From the UHGV virus genome UHGV-0058404: a stretch of DNA of 43,055 nt. The stretch is one strand, 5' to 3'. Shown here one piece after another: positions 8,964 through 18,065 of this stretch. Source of the DNA: a virus. Under the pieces are notes generated by a model. That model had not been told where the DNA came from and searched no databases. It saw nothing but the letters and a program-made list of their open reading frames with translations. A program made the translations under genes and the position numbers. Within the stretch, counting starts at the first letter, position 1. Each line of letters starts with the position of its first letter.

Positions 8964-9445
8964 TGCAAGAAAATCAAAACCAACTAACCGAGAAAATAGA
9001 AGAAGTAATGAGTAAAGTTAAAATTCTTCCAATGAATATCGAGGGAGAAGATAAAGAAAATTACCTAAAAGTTAAAGCGTTTTTCATTGAAACAAGAGAA
9101 CGCATTAAAATGCAAATAGACCAATTAGACAGACAATTTAAGTTGGCATTTAAACCTGCAATTGAGATTTTAAAAATTGCTAAAAAACATACAAAAGATG
9201 AGGCACTTTTAAAGCATATTGCTGAAAAAGAAAAGTTCCACAAAGAACGTGGCTATGATGAAGAAACTTATAAAACTGAACGTGCAAAACGCGTTAGTTA
9301 TTTAGAAGAGTTTGAAAAACTATTTAACAAAATGTTTGTAGAAAAAATCGAGAACGGAGTAGCAATTGTTCCCATTGAAATAGTTAACTTTTGTAATTTC
9401 CAAGCAATGTATCTAAAACTTGATGAAAAATGGCAAGCAATGTAA
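8963..9445 (+). CDS. Hypothetical helical protein
   Basis: AGGAGG RBS, TAATG coupling. Confidence 0.6.
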   Translation: MQENQNQLTEKIEEVMSKVKILPMNIEGEDKENYLKVKAFFIETRERIKMQIDQLDRQFKLAFKPAIEILKIAKKHTKDEALLKHIAEKEKFHKERGYDEETYKTERAKRVSYLEEFEKLFNKMFVEKIENGVAIVPIEIVNFCNFQAMYLKLDEKWQAM

Positions 9446-10431
9446 ATCTTGACAGCATTAAAGAACTAGGTAAGAAAAGGGTAAGAATAACTTTTAAAAA
9501 CTTGCCCTATCTTATCATAATTGCATTTACTGTTATCTTAACGGGTTTAACTGAACTAATCAAACCTGATTTTACATGGGAAGTCTTTACAACATCCTCG
9601 TATTGGTTTAACGTAGTTCTAGTATCGGCAAGCGGACTATTAATGGCTATTGCAAGCACCTTACGTAGATCTAATATAATAATGTTGGAAGATAGTGATA
9701 ACAAGTTTAGTGAGTGCAACAAAGCCCTTGCTAAAATAAGCCCAAACATACAAGACAGCAGTTTAGACAAGTTTTTATATGAAACAAACAAGAAAAGAAA
9801 GCAAGATACATACCGAAGAAAAATTGAACGTAAACTTTACAAGTTGGAACAAAAGGCAAAGGCACAAGATATTTCAGCATATGTTGAGTTCAGCAAAAAA
9901 CATGTGTTTGATAAAAAGCCTACCGACTTTGAAACCGAAGAAGAATATTTCACACAATATTGTTTATTTATGCGTATGTCTTTAAAAGGACAAAACAAGT
10001 TTGTTAGAAAAAAGGTTGGTTATCTACTAGAAGTGCATCCTTTGAACCTTACTTATAACATAGACAAAATCAACATTAAGTATAGAAAAATCACACACAA
10101 ATTAATCACTGTTGGTTCACAAGGCAACGTAAATGATGATTTGCCTAACTCAAGCCTTAAGGTTTTGACAAACGGCTTACTACCTCGTTCATTGTTTACA
10201 TTCAGCGTATCAACTATGATGTTGTCATTCAGTTTTGATATTGCTAAGTTATCGTGGCTATGCTTAGTTCCAATACTTGTTAAGTTGTTGAGTTTAACAT
10301 CGAACTTTATATATGGTTATCAGTTTGCTCCCTCATACGTAGAGCAAGTGCCACTAGATGCCTTATATGTAAAAATACGTTGGTTAACGTTATTCAATGA
10401 GTGGAAAACAAAAAATAAAGACCCTGAGTAA
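9430..10431 (+). CDS. Four-TM membrane protein (2 TM, basic soluble loop, 2 TM)
   Basis: Hydrophobic segments near aa 25-45, 58-78, 250-270 and 275-297; last gene of the + operon. Confidence 0.7.
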   Translation: MASNVNLDSIKELGKKRVRITFKNLPYLIIIAFTVILTGLTELIKPDFTWEVFTTSSYWFNVVLVSASGLLMAIASTLRRSNIIMLEDSDNKFSECNKALAKISPNIQDSSLDKFLYETNKKRKQDTYRRKIERKLYKLEQKAKAQDISAYVEFSKKHVFDKKPTDFETEEEYFTQYCLFMRMSLKGQNKFVRKKVGYLLEVHPLNLTYNIDKINIKYRKITHKLITVGSQGNVNDDLPNSSLKVLTNGLLPRSLFTFSVSTMMLSFSFDIAKLSWLCLVPILVKLLSLTSNFIYGYQFAPSYVEQVPLDALYVKIRWLTLFNEWKTKNKDPE

Positions 10432-10452
10432 AATCAAGGTCTTTTTTAATTT
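10411..10452. terminator. Bidirectional intrinsic terminator between convergent arms
   Basis: AAAGACCCTGA-gtaaaa-TCAAGGTCTTT stem flanked by A and T runs. Confidence 0.7.
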
Positions 10453-10456
10453 TAAA

Positions 10457-10960
10457 TTATACTTGAGTTTGTTTTGTCTTTTGTTCTTCGTATTCTTTAA
10501 GAGTTGCAAGCATTTCTTGTTTAGCAACCCACTTTTCATCTTGTTTAAGACAATCTTTAAAATCTTCAAAGAAAAGATTACCAATTGTAAAACTCGACAA
10601 GATCGTTATGACAAAGAACTCTAGGTTGTCAATTGAACCTTTCATATTTTCAAGAACAATTATAATTACTATTGCAATAGCAAGGTTTCTAGAAAAGAGC
10701 AAAACCTTTCTTAAAATTGTGTTCTTAACATATTTATCAATGAGTTCCTTGGCACGACCGAAGAACTTAAATGCAATAACAACGAGTGCAAGTAGGCAAA
10801 ACATTGTTAGTTTTTTTGGAGTTGAAACTTCAGGTTTAAAGAACCCAAACTTAACTCCTACTATTAGAAACGGAACAAGATAAGTAAATAAAATGCTAAG
10901 TCCTAAAAAGAGTAATTTCTTCTTGTTAGAAACTTTATCGATTTTTACTTCACTACTCAT
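10457..10960 (-). CDS. Four-TM membrane protein (holin/lysis candidate)
   Basis: Four hydrophobic segments; end of the late arm. Confidence 0.65.
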   Translation of the reverse strand: MSSEVKIDKVSNKKKLLFLGLSILFTYLVPFLIVGVKFGFFKPEVSTPKKLTMFCLLALVVIAFKFFGRAKELIDKYVKNTILRKVLLFSRNLAIAIVIIIVLENMKGSIDNLEFFVITILSSFTIGNLFFEDFKDCLKQDEKWVAKQEMLATLKEYEEQKTKQTQV

Positions 10961-11474
10961 CTATGACTTCTGAAAGCAAGTTTTCAACAAGGCTGTCAAG
11001 TTGACCGCTTTCTTCCTTTTCAACACTTTCAGCAACTTCTTGTTCTACACTTTCTTTTATCTCGTTAACAACATCTTCAAGTTTTTCTTCTTGTTTAACA
11101 CTAGGTTCTCCCTTTCCAATTAACTCAATTGTCTTAAGGGCTAATTGCTTTGATTTAGGGTCAATTTTGGAGTTTTGTATAATTATCAATAAAGTAGCAA
11201 CAACTCCGTTTAAAATGCACGCACTACCCTTTAATTCGGTTGTAATCGCATTTATTTTGTTGCTTATATCTTCATTACTAAGGTTTATCTTTTCAGTAAG
11301 CACTTTGTTAGTTGCAACACTTGATATTTCCTTAAGTTTGCTTGATTTCAACTTGTTGCTTGCAATAAAATTATAAACGACTACGAAAACTCCTATTAAT
11401 GACTGAAAAATCATACTAAAGCCACTAGCGTTATACCAATCTACTATTTGTTTCCAAATCTCTCCAAAGTTCAT
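10953..11474 (-). CDS. Membrane-anchored protein (holin-like candidate)
   Basis: N-terminal TM, coiled region, second hydrophobic segment, acidic tail. Confidence 0.6.
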   Translation of the reverse strand: MNFGEIWKQIVDWYNASGFSMIFQSLIGVFVVVYNFIASNKLKSSKLKEISSVATNKVLTEKINLSNEDISNKINAITTELKGSACILNGVVATLLIIIQNSKIDPKSKQLALKTIELIGKGEPSVKQEEKLEDVVNEIKESVEQEVAESVEKEESGQLDSLVENLLSEVIDE

Positions 11475-11476
11475 AT

Positions 11477-11770
11477 TTAGATAATTCCTTTCTCTCTAGT
11501 TTCTTCCTTTAAAGCGTTTATTGCTTTTGCTAAAGTTTGTATCTTTTTGTCGGTTTGTTCCTTGTAGGTTTCAAACTCTTTTTTTAACGTTTCGTTTTCA
11601 ACACGCAACTTTTCAAGGAGTTCCCCTAGAGTAATTAATTTTTTTGTTTCAGTATCTTGCAAAATAACTTCCGTTAAATCTTCTTCAACTTGTCTATTGC
11701 GTATATCTAGCAACATTACCTTTTGATATCTAACGTTATTATTCGCACCTTTATATATAACGTATTTCAT
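11477..11770 (-). CDS. Small coiled-coil protein
   Basis: AAGGAG RBS; heptad-rich C-terminal half. Confidence 0.65.
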   Translation of the reverse strand: MKYVIYKGANNNVRYQKVMLLDIRNRQVEEDLTEVILQDTETKKLITLGELLEKLRVENETLKKEFETYKEQTDKKIQTLAKAINALKEETREKGII

Positions 11771-11787
11771 TAGTTTACTCCTTTTTT

Positions 11788-11862
11788 CCTAACCCCTCTC
11801 ACAAAAGATGAGTAAGACAATTACCCACCTTTTTTATTTCAAACGCTGTGAGAAAGGTTGCT
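11788..11862 (-). repeat. Dispersed phased element, copy E
   Basis: Minus strand CTCACAGCGTTTGAAATAAAAAAGGTGGGTAATT matches CCCACAGCGTTTGAAAATTAAAAGAGCGTATAATT at 35733-35767. Confidence 0.6.
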
Positions 11863-11893
11863 TATTTTAATCAATTTTCAACACACACCCTAG

Positions 11894-11922
11894 ATTATAC
11901 AACCTTGGCTTTCCTTTGTCAA
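11894..11922 (-). promoter_or_regulatory. Consensus sigma70/SigA promoter for the 11770-10457 membrane-protein cassette
   Basis: Minus strand TTGACA-17 nt-TATAAT. Confidence 0.8.
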
Positions 11923-11924
11923 GA

Positions 11925-12107
11925 TTATAGGAATATATTGAAAAATAACACGATATTCAATAACACTATTACCGAGAACACTTGACCGAGTATCGTTCTA
12001 AACTTTATCTTGCGACCATCGACAAAGTCCAACAGCAAGTCGATTAACTCTGCCAACATATAACCCGAATAACTTAATATACATATAACTTCTATGATTA
12101 TTAACAT
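11925..12107 (-). CDS. Small two-TM protein
   Basis: 60 aa with two hydrophobic segments; AGGAAAG upstream. Confidence 0.5.
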   Translation of the reverse strand: MLIIIEVICILSYSGYMLAELIDLLLDFVDGRKIKFRTILGQVFSVIVLLNIVLFFNIFL

Positions 12108-12206
12108 ATTTCTTTCCTACTTGTATTTGTTCTATGATTAATCATTAATTTACAATATTATAATATACAACAAAACATAATATAACTTTTTCTTATATTA
12201 ACTTTG

Positions 12207-12407
12207 CTATTTTTGTTCGTTTTCTTTGATTTCTTGAATTGATTTTTCTTCAAGTTCTTTTTTAATTTGTTCGGCTTCTTTTTTAGTTATTTGAATGTAA
12301 TTATCAGCACTGTCATATATACCTAAATAAATTACATTGTCATAGACTGCCGATTTATCTTTTAAGGCAAAGACATAACCTTTTTTACTTTCAATTTTAT
12401 TTATCAT
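12207..12407 (-). CDS. Small protein following the receptor-binding gene (possible fibre chaperone)
   Basis: GGAGGT RBS; IYLGIYDSADNY motif; position. Confidence 0.6.
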   Translation of the reverse strand: MINKIESKKGYVFALKDKSAVYDNVIYLGIYDSADNYIQITKKEAEQIKKELEEKSIQEIKENEQK

Positions 12408-12417
12408 ACTTTACCTC

Positions 12418-13050
12418 CTATGCTAAAGTCCAACCCTTATTAGTAGCTATTGCTTTATCTTCATCAGTAAGTTTTGCAAGATTAGTTGCGCCCATAGTTA
12501 ATGTTTGAGTAGTAGTTACTGTTGCTAGATTATTCAAAATTATTAATAGGTCAGCTCTTTCAAATTTGGTGCTTGCTGATATATCAAATTTGACTTTCAT
12601 TCCAGTCATTAAAATAGATTTAAGAGAAGAACAACCCGAAAATATACCATTCATGTTAGTGACATTACTAGTGTCTAATAAAGGTATAGAAGTTAATGAG
12701 TTACAATTATGAAACATATAATACATATCAGTAACATTACTAGTGTCTAATTGTGGTATTGTAGTTAAACTAGAACAATTATTAAACATATAAGACATAT
12801 TAGTAACATTACTTGTGTCATTAGGTTGAATTAAATCATCTACAGAAGTTCCTTTATAACTGATAAATAAATAACTAGCACTCTGTGTAGCATCTAATAA
12901 ATTCTTTAATGTATTTCCACCACCAGTTGGTATATTTAATATCTTAGCACTAAAATCTTGAGCGTTAATTGGTTGAGTTGCGCCTGTTTTGGTTCTTATA
13001 GCATTGGCTACATCTGTTAAGAAGTCTTGTAGATTATTATTTGTTGCCAT
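12418..13050 (-). CDS. BspA/DUF285-type leucine-rich-repeat protein, putative receptor-binding protein
   Basis: Three 24-aa repeats DTSNVT.M..MF..C.SL..IP.L; N-terminal LTDVANAIRTKTG..PINAQDF anchor. Confidence 0.75.
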   Translation of the reverse strand: MATNNNLQDFLTDVANAIRTKTGATQPINAQDFSAKILNIPTGGGNTLKNLLDATQSASYLFISYKGTSVDDLIQPNDTSNVTNMSYMFNNCSSLTTIPQLDTSNVTDMYYMFHNCNSLTSIPLLDTSNVTNMNGIFSGCSSLKSILMTGMKVKFDISASTKFERADLLIILNNLATVTTTQTLTMGATNLAKLTDEDKAIATNKGWTLA

Positions 13051-13053
13051 ATT

Positions 13054-16000
13054 TTAATAATCCCCCTGCAAACTACTTATAATTAAATTATCAACATATT
13101 CCTTAGTCGCGTAAGGTTTAGCACTATCATCGGAAGTAGTCCAATTGGTGTAGGAAGAAACCGATTTAGTCTTGCAACCTTGAGTTCGACCATCACTTTG
13201 CCATAACATAAGTAATTTATCGTTAGAGTCCCTAGAAATTGTGATAGGTGCCTCATTATTAACCATTTGAGAGTCATAGATGTCGATTTTTGCAACGGCA
13301 CTAGATAAGAAACCGTTTGTTCCTTCCTCAACGTAAACCTTAGAAAGAGGTGCTGTTTGACCGCTAGGAATTGTTAACGATAGGTTCGAGCAATTATCTT
13401 CAAGTGTAAAATTAGTTACGGCATTTCCATTACCTGAGAAAACGTTGTTAGCACAAGAAACACCAAAAGAGCAAGAACTCATAACGATATTTGATAGATA
13501 AATGTTAGAGCAATTTAGTTTGAACTTAACGTTTGTCATATACGAGTCGGACACTAAGAAATAGCAACCAATACCAACGTGTAAATGTCCTGACTCTCCT
13601 AAAAGCGTATTCTTTGTGAAATCTAAACCAATAATGTTATTAGTGCAATTATAACCATTAAATACGTTCTCATAGTTGTTTGCACCAATTGTATTGTATT
13701 GTGGTGGAAAATAATCGGCATTTTCAGGATCCATGTATAAGAACACTGTCTTGTTTAGAACTAAAGGTCCATAAGAATGGTCTGGTCCGTGATACTCTCC
13801 AATTTTATTTTCACAAGTATTGTTGTAGCCACCCTCATCATTTCCCCACTTGCTTTGTTCTACCGACATATCATACATTTTGGTTTCACTTGAAACGTAT
13901 GCACCAAAGGTATAAGTCCAAAGACTATCGGTGCTGTTAGTAGTAATAGAAGAGTTGCTAGTTGAGAATGTATATTTGCCAACAAGACCTGGAACGTTAG
14001 GACAAGCCGTAATCTTGTAAAGTTGGAACTGAATGTTCTTGAAGTCGTAAGGAGCCTCATTACCCCATTCATCGCGTAAGTAGTAAACAACACCCTTACC
14101 GGCATCGGTTGTATCAGCCCAATAGAAACGTGAACTATCGTTAGTCAAACAATATTTAAGAACCCAATTTTCAAGTTTGCAATTAGCAAAGTAAGTATCT
14201 CCGCTATGTAAAATCGCGTTTGCATTTTCATCTAAAGTATTTTCCGAAGTCGCACGAACGAGAATATCAAACTGATTATTTGCCTCTTTTGTATAAGGTT
14301 GACTTGTTGTAGCCGTGTAATCGGTAATTCGATATAATACACCTTTTTGAAGTTGTGAGTTGGTCTTTAATGAAACTAGGTTGGCATATGTCGTTGAAAC
14401 CATTAGTTCAGTTGAACCGCCACCGCCACTAGGAATTGAATAAACTACATCTCCAATTTGCACCTTTGTAAGATTTGCTGTGGCATCTCCTGTAGGGTTT
14501 GCAATTACAGGTATTACTTCTTGTGTCGTTAATACCCAAGTCTTTGCACTAATATTAATTGTAATGCACTTTGTCATATGCTTGCTGTTCTCTGCACCTA
14601 AATGAGAGAATGTTAAGTAGCCACTTACGTGTTGCATATCTTTTAATTCGTAAAGTTCTTTGTTGAACTCGATATACTTCGTGCCGTTTTGTAATGTGCT
14701 TATTTCATAATCAGTAAATGTGCCATTCGTTGCGTTCTCAGGTAAACCTGTGATTTTTACAACTTTTTGTATTATATGTAATGTATATGTTGTAGTTCCC
14801 GTGTAAGGAGTTCTAATCGACACTTCATATTCATTTTCATCGGCATCTCGTAATATTCCACCTGTAAAGGTTTGAGATTTGCTTTTTGATGTTCCCATTT
14901 CATTAGCATACAACTCAACTCCCTTAGTTTGAAATGCTTTGCCATTAATAGTTTGACTATTATTTACTTGTAAGTATATTTTCCTTGCAAGTTTAAAAGC
15001 AGCATCCTCAATACTTGTTAATTCAGTATTTGCTGAAATAATTGTATCAGGACAATTTAGTGCCAAAGTATACATATCATTTGCAAAAACCGCCCTATTT
15101 ATTGAAGAATCTGGAGCATATCTTATTCCACCTTTAAATATTTCGAATAACGATGATGGGCTAATATCATTAGTAGGAACATAAGTATTAGCTGTCATAT
15201 CTATTAAGTAAAATTTACCACTAATAGTAATCGCATCAGGATTGTAAAAACCAATATATGAGTATTTTTGATTATAAGTAGTTTCTCTAATAACAAACAA
15301 GTTCCAACAAGCCTTTCCTCCTTCTTTTATCGGAATTGAACTCATACAATACAAAGTATAGATAGCATAGGAGACACTAAAAGAGAAGGTAATTTCTTTA
15401 TATTTTTTTTCATAGCAAGAATTTAAAAAATTAGAAATTTTTTCACCATCCCAAGCAGTTAAGTCTGTAGGAACTTCATTAGTTACATCAATAAAACCAT
15501 TGTTATCTCCACTTCCAATTATCTTACTTGTTATTATATATGTTAAATTTTGTGTATCTATTTCTAGAGTATTAATAATAACATCTGTATCAGTTTTTTC
15601 AACATTAGAGAAATAAACAATGTTATCAATACTTACTGAGCCTGAACCAATAACTCTTCCACTTTGGAAAGAATAAAGTTTATTTCCTACTTGTATTTCA
15701 ACTAAACTTTTGCTACCAATAGCAGAAGTAATTTTACTAGCCTCATCGGAACTAATTATTCCTTGTTGTCCTGGTTCTGCACTAAAATTAATATCTATTA
15801 TGGTTTTAACTTCTCTTTCTTCGTGCCTTAAGTTAGTTTCAAAAAATGTAAGTTGAGTAGTTTTATCAGAGTTAACTAAAACTGTTATTGCTAAAGTTAT
15901 AGGATAATAATCATCACCATCTAAAAAAATATCGGGAATAACTGCTGTTGAGAAAATAAATGCTTGACTTTCACTGCCCAATGAAAACGAACCATTATAT

Positions 16001-18051
16001 GTAGCACAAACATCAGCAACACCATATGGAAATGAAAGACCTACTCTGTTTAAATTACCAACTTCAATAGCATTTAAAAATTTTTCTTTTTCACTATCAG
16101 TCCAAGATGGATTATCATTTGAATCAAGCGTTATTTCAATTGATATTGAATGATTTACTGTATCTCTAACATCACTTGGAACATCAAGCTTTATTGTTTG
16201 TCTAGTTATTGTATGAGGAGAACTTGAATCAATAGTTATCTCTTTTATGTATCCATCTGAAATAAATGATGTTGCTATGAACGCGTTGTTCGAACCTTCA
16301 AAACATCTATAACTTGTATTTATTCCTGCCTCACTTTCAACAATAGTTGTTCCATAAGGGTTTTGTTTATATAATGCATAATCACTATCGGAAAGAACAG
16401 TGTCGGTTGGTTGAATGTTGATAGTTGCAGTTAACTTGCCATTTACACCCTCTTTTACTTGATTAATAGAAGAATTGACAGTATTAAATTCACTTTCAAT
16501 ATTTTTATTGCCGTTTGCAGTATAGTAGTTTGATGCAGTATTAGCAACGATAGTGCCGTTAGTGATAAGCCCTTGTTGGAACTCAGCAAAAGTGGCAGTT
16601 GACACGTATTGACCGTGAGTAGTTTCTTTCCAAGTGTTATCATCACTGTCCCAAATATACATAACAAGTTCATTGTTGGTATTAACGAAAGCGTAATCTC
16701 CAGGTTCTCCAACAGGAACTGCTTGAACTAAAGCCTCATAACTGATAAAGTCGCCTTTGTAGTGATTAACACCTCCACCGCTACCAATTAACTCTTTAAG
16801 TTTAGAGAAAACAATTTTGTATGATACACCGCCACTATTAACGATAACGTAATCATTGTCGGCAATAGTATTTCCAATGGCAATATCTGAAAAGTCCTTG
16901 TTAAGTTTAGAACCTTGTAGGCTTGCAATATTATCAGCGTTTGCCATAACTGAACTGCCAATTTGATTTAAATAGTTGGTAAGGCTAATAATATCGTTTT
17001 CAGCAGTTGTAAGTCTTTGAGATAAAGAGCCAAGTTGGCTGTTTATACTTTCTATAGACTGATTAATTGTGCTTATTTGATTTTGGTTTTGTTCGACTAA
17101 CGAGCCAAGATCTAGAACATCGTTTTTTAGTTTTGTAATATCACTAACGTTTTGTAGAACCAAACTTGTTATAGTTGAGCCACTAGGTATTTGAGAGGTG
17201 TTTCCTAGTGCGTTTTTAATATTTTCAACATCAGTCATAAGAGAATTGATATATTCAATACCCCTTGCTATTTCCGCATAGCCACCTTTAACAGCACGAT
17301 AGATATTACCTTTATTTTGAGAGTAATTAACAAGTTCTTGCCAAGCACTATCTTTAAATCGGTAGTATTTTCCGTTAACTAAAATCGGTGTAGTTGTGCG
17401 TGTTTCTCCGTTCCATAAGTAAGCAACGTTAGGGTCAGGAGTTTCAGGTATTTCAGTAATTGCAGTGTATTTACCGTTTAATAGATAAACATAGCCGACA
17501 TTGTAATTATCATCGGTTTCATCTTCAACAACGCTAGGTAAGAATGCAACGCTAAACACCTTATCTTTATCACGATTTTTAAGTGTAGCCATTACTGAGG
17601 CTAATATTTGGTCTAAATCACTTTGGCTGACTTCTACTTCTTGACCGATAATAGAATACTGACATTTTACAACGATAGGTTCTGTGTTAAGAAGTGCAGG
17701 AGTAGATTTTCCATCACTGACATTAAAGTCAAAAGAAAGTGAATTGTCCCTTTGTTTTTCGGAAACGTTCGTAATGCTATTATTAATATTTAGCGTATAA
17801 ACGTTCCAATTATTGCCATCAACAACTTCAATTCCATCATAAGCCATAAGTTGCTGAGTAGTTTTAGTTCCATCGGCTTTTTGGAATGATGCATAAAGCA
17901 CGTTAGTTGGTGCAATAGGTGTAATAAGACTTAACTTGTAAACTGCATTAGACAATTTATAGATAGGTCTTAAAATGTTTTTAGAACCCTTGTTATATAG
18001 AGTTCCATCATAGTTTACATAAACTTTAAGATTTATTTCATATAAAGCCAT
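13054..18051 (-). CDS. Large tail fibre / baseplate adhesin
   Basis: 1665 aa, coiled coil near aa 270-385, GSGGG hinges, Asn/Cys-rich beta-helix-like C-terminal region, YATKEYVD motif. Confidence 0.75.
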   Translation of the reverse strand: MALYEINLKVYVNYDGTLYNKGSKNILRPIYKLSNAVYKLSLITPIAPTNVLYASFQKADGTKTTQQLMAYDGIEVVDGNNWNVYTLNINNSITNVSEKQRDNSLSFDFNVSDGKSTPALLNTEPIVVKCQYSIIGQEVEVSQSDLDQILASVMATLKNRDKDKVFSVAFLPSVVEDETDDNYNVGYVYLLNGKYTAITEIPETPDPNVAYLWNGETRTTTPILVNGKYYRFKDSAWQELVNYSQNKGNIYRAVKGGYAEIARGIEYINSLMTDVENIKNALGNTSQIPSGSTITSLVLQNVSDITKLKNDVLDLGSLVEQNQNQISTINQSIESINSQLGSLSQRLTTAENDIISLTNYLNQIGSSVMANADNIASLQGSKLNKDFSDIAIGNTIADNDYVIVNSGGVSYKIVFSKLKELIGSGGGVNHYKGDFISYEALVQAVPVGEPGDYAFVNTNNELVMYIWDSDDNTWKETTHGQYVSTATFAEFQQGLITNGTIVANTASNYYTANGNKNIESEFNTVNSSINQVKEGVNGKLTATINIQPTDTVLSDSDYALYKQNPYGTTIVESEAGINTSYRCFEGSNNAFIATSFISDGYIKEITIDSSSPHTITRQTIKLDVPSDVRDTVNHSISIEITLDSNDNPSWTDSEKEKFLNAIEVGNLNRVGLSFPYGVADVCATYNGSFSLGSESQAFIFSTAVIPDIFLDGDDYYPITLAITVLVNSDKTTQLTFFETNLRHEEREVKTIIDINFSAEPGQQGIISSDEASKITSAIGSKSLVEIQVGNKLYSFQSGRVIGSGSVSIDNIVYFSNVEKTDTDVIINTLEIDTQNLTYIITSKIIGSGDNNGFIDVTNEVPTDLTAWDGEKISNFLNSCYEKKYKEITFSFSVSYAIYTLYCMSSIPIKEGGKACWNLFVIRETTYNQKYSYIGFYNPDAITISGKFYLIDMTANTYVPTNDISPSSLFEIFKGGIRYAPDSSINRAVFANDMYTLALNCPDTIISANTELTSIEDAAFKLARKIYLQVNNSQTINGKAFQTKGVELYANEMGTSKSKSQTFTGGILRDADENEYEVSIRTPYTGTTTYTLHIIQKVVKITGLPENATNGTFTDYEISTLQNGTKYIEFNKELYELKDMQHVSGYLTFSHLGAENSKHMTKCITINISAKTWVLTTQEVIPVIANPTGDATANLTKVQIGDVVYSIPSGGGGSTELMVSTTYANLVSLKTNSQLQKGVLYRITDYTATTSQPYTKEANNQFDILVRATSENTLDENANAILHSGDTYFANCKLENWVLKYCLTNDSSRFYWADTTDAGKGVVYYLRDEWGNEAPYDFKNIQFQLYKITACPNVPGLVGKYTFSTSNSSITTNSTDSLWTYTFGAYVSSETKMYDMSVEQSKWGNDEGGYNNTCENKIGEYHGPDHSYGPLVLNKTVFLYMDPENADYFPPQYNTIGANNYENVFNGYNCTNNIIGLDFTKNTLLGESGHLHVGIGCYFLVSDSYMTNVKFKLNCSNIYLSNIVMSSCSFGVSCANNVFSGNGNAVTNFTLEDNCSNLSLTIPSGQTAPLSKVYVEEGTNGFLSSAVAKIDIYDSQMVNNEAPITISRDSNDKLLMLWQSDGRTQGCKTKSVSSYTNWTTSDDSAKPYATKEYVDNLIISSLQGDY

Positions 18052-18065
18052 TAGTTATCTCCTTT

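Noticed and set aside
12418..18051. Diversity-generating retroelement targeting the adhesins
   Set aside because: No reverse transcriptase ORF and no TR/VR pair visible
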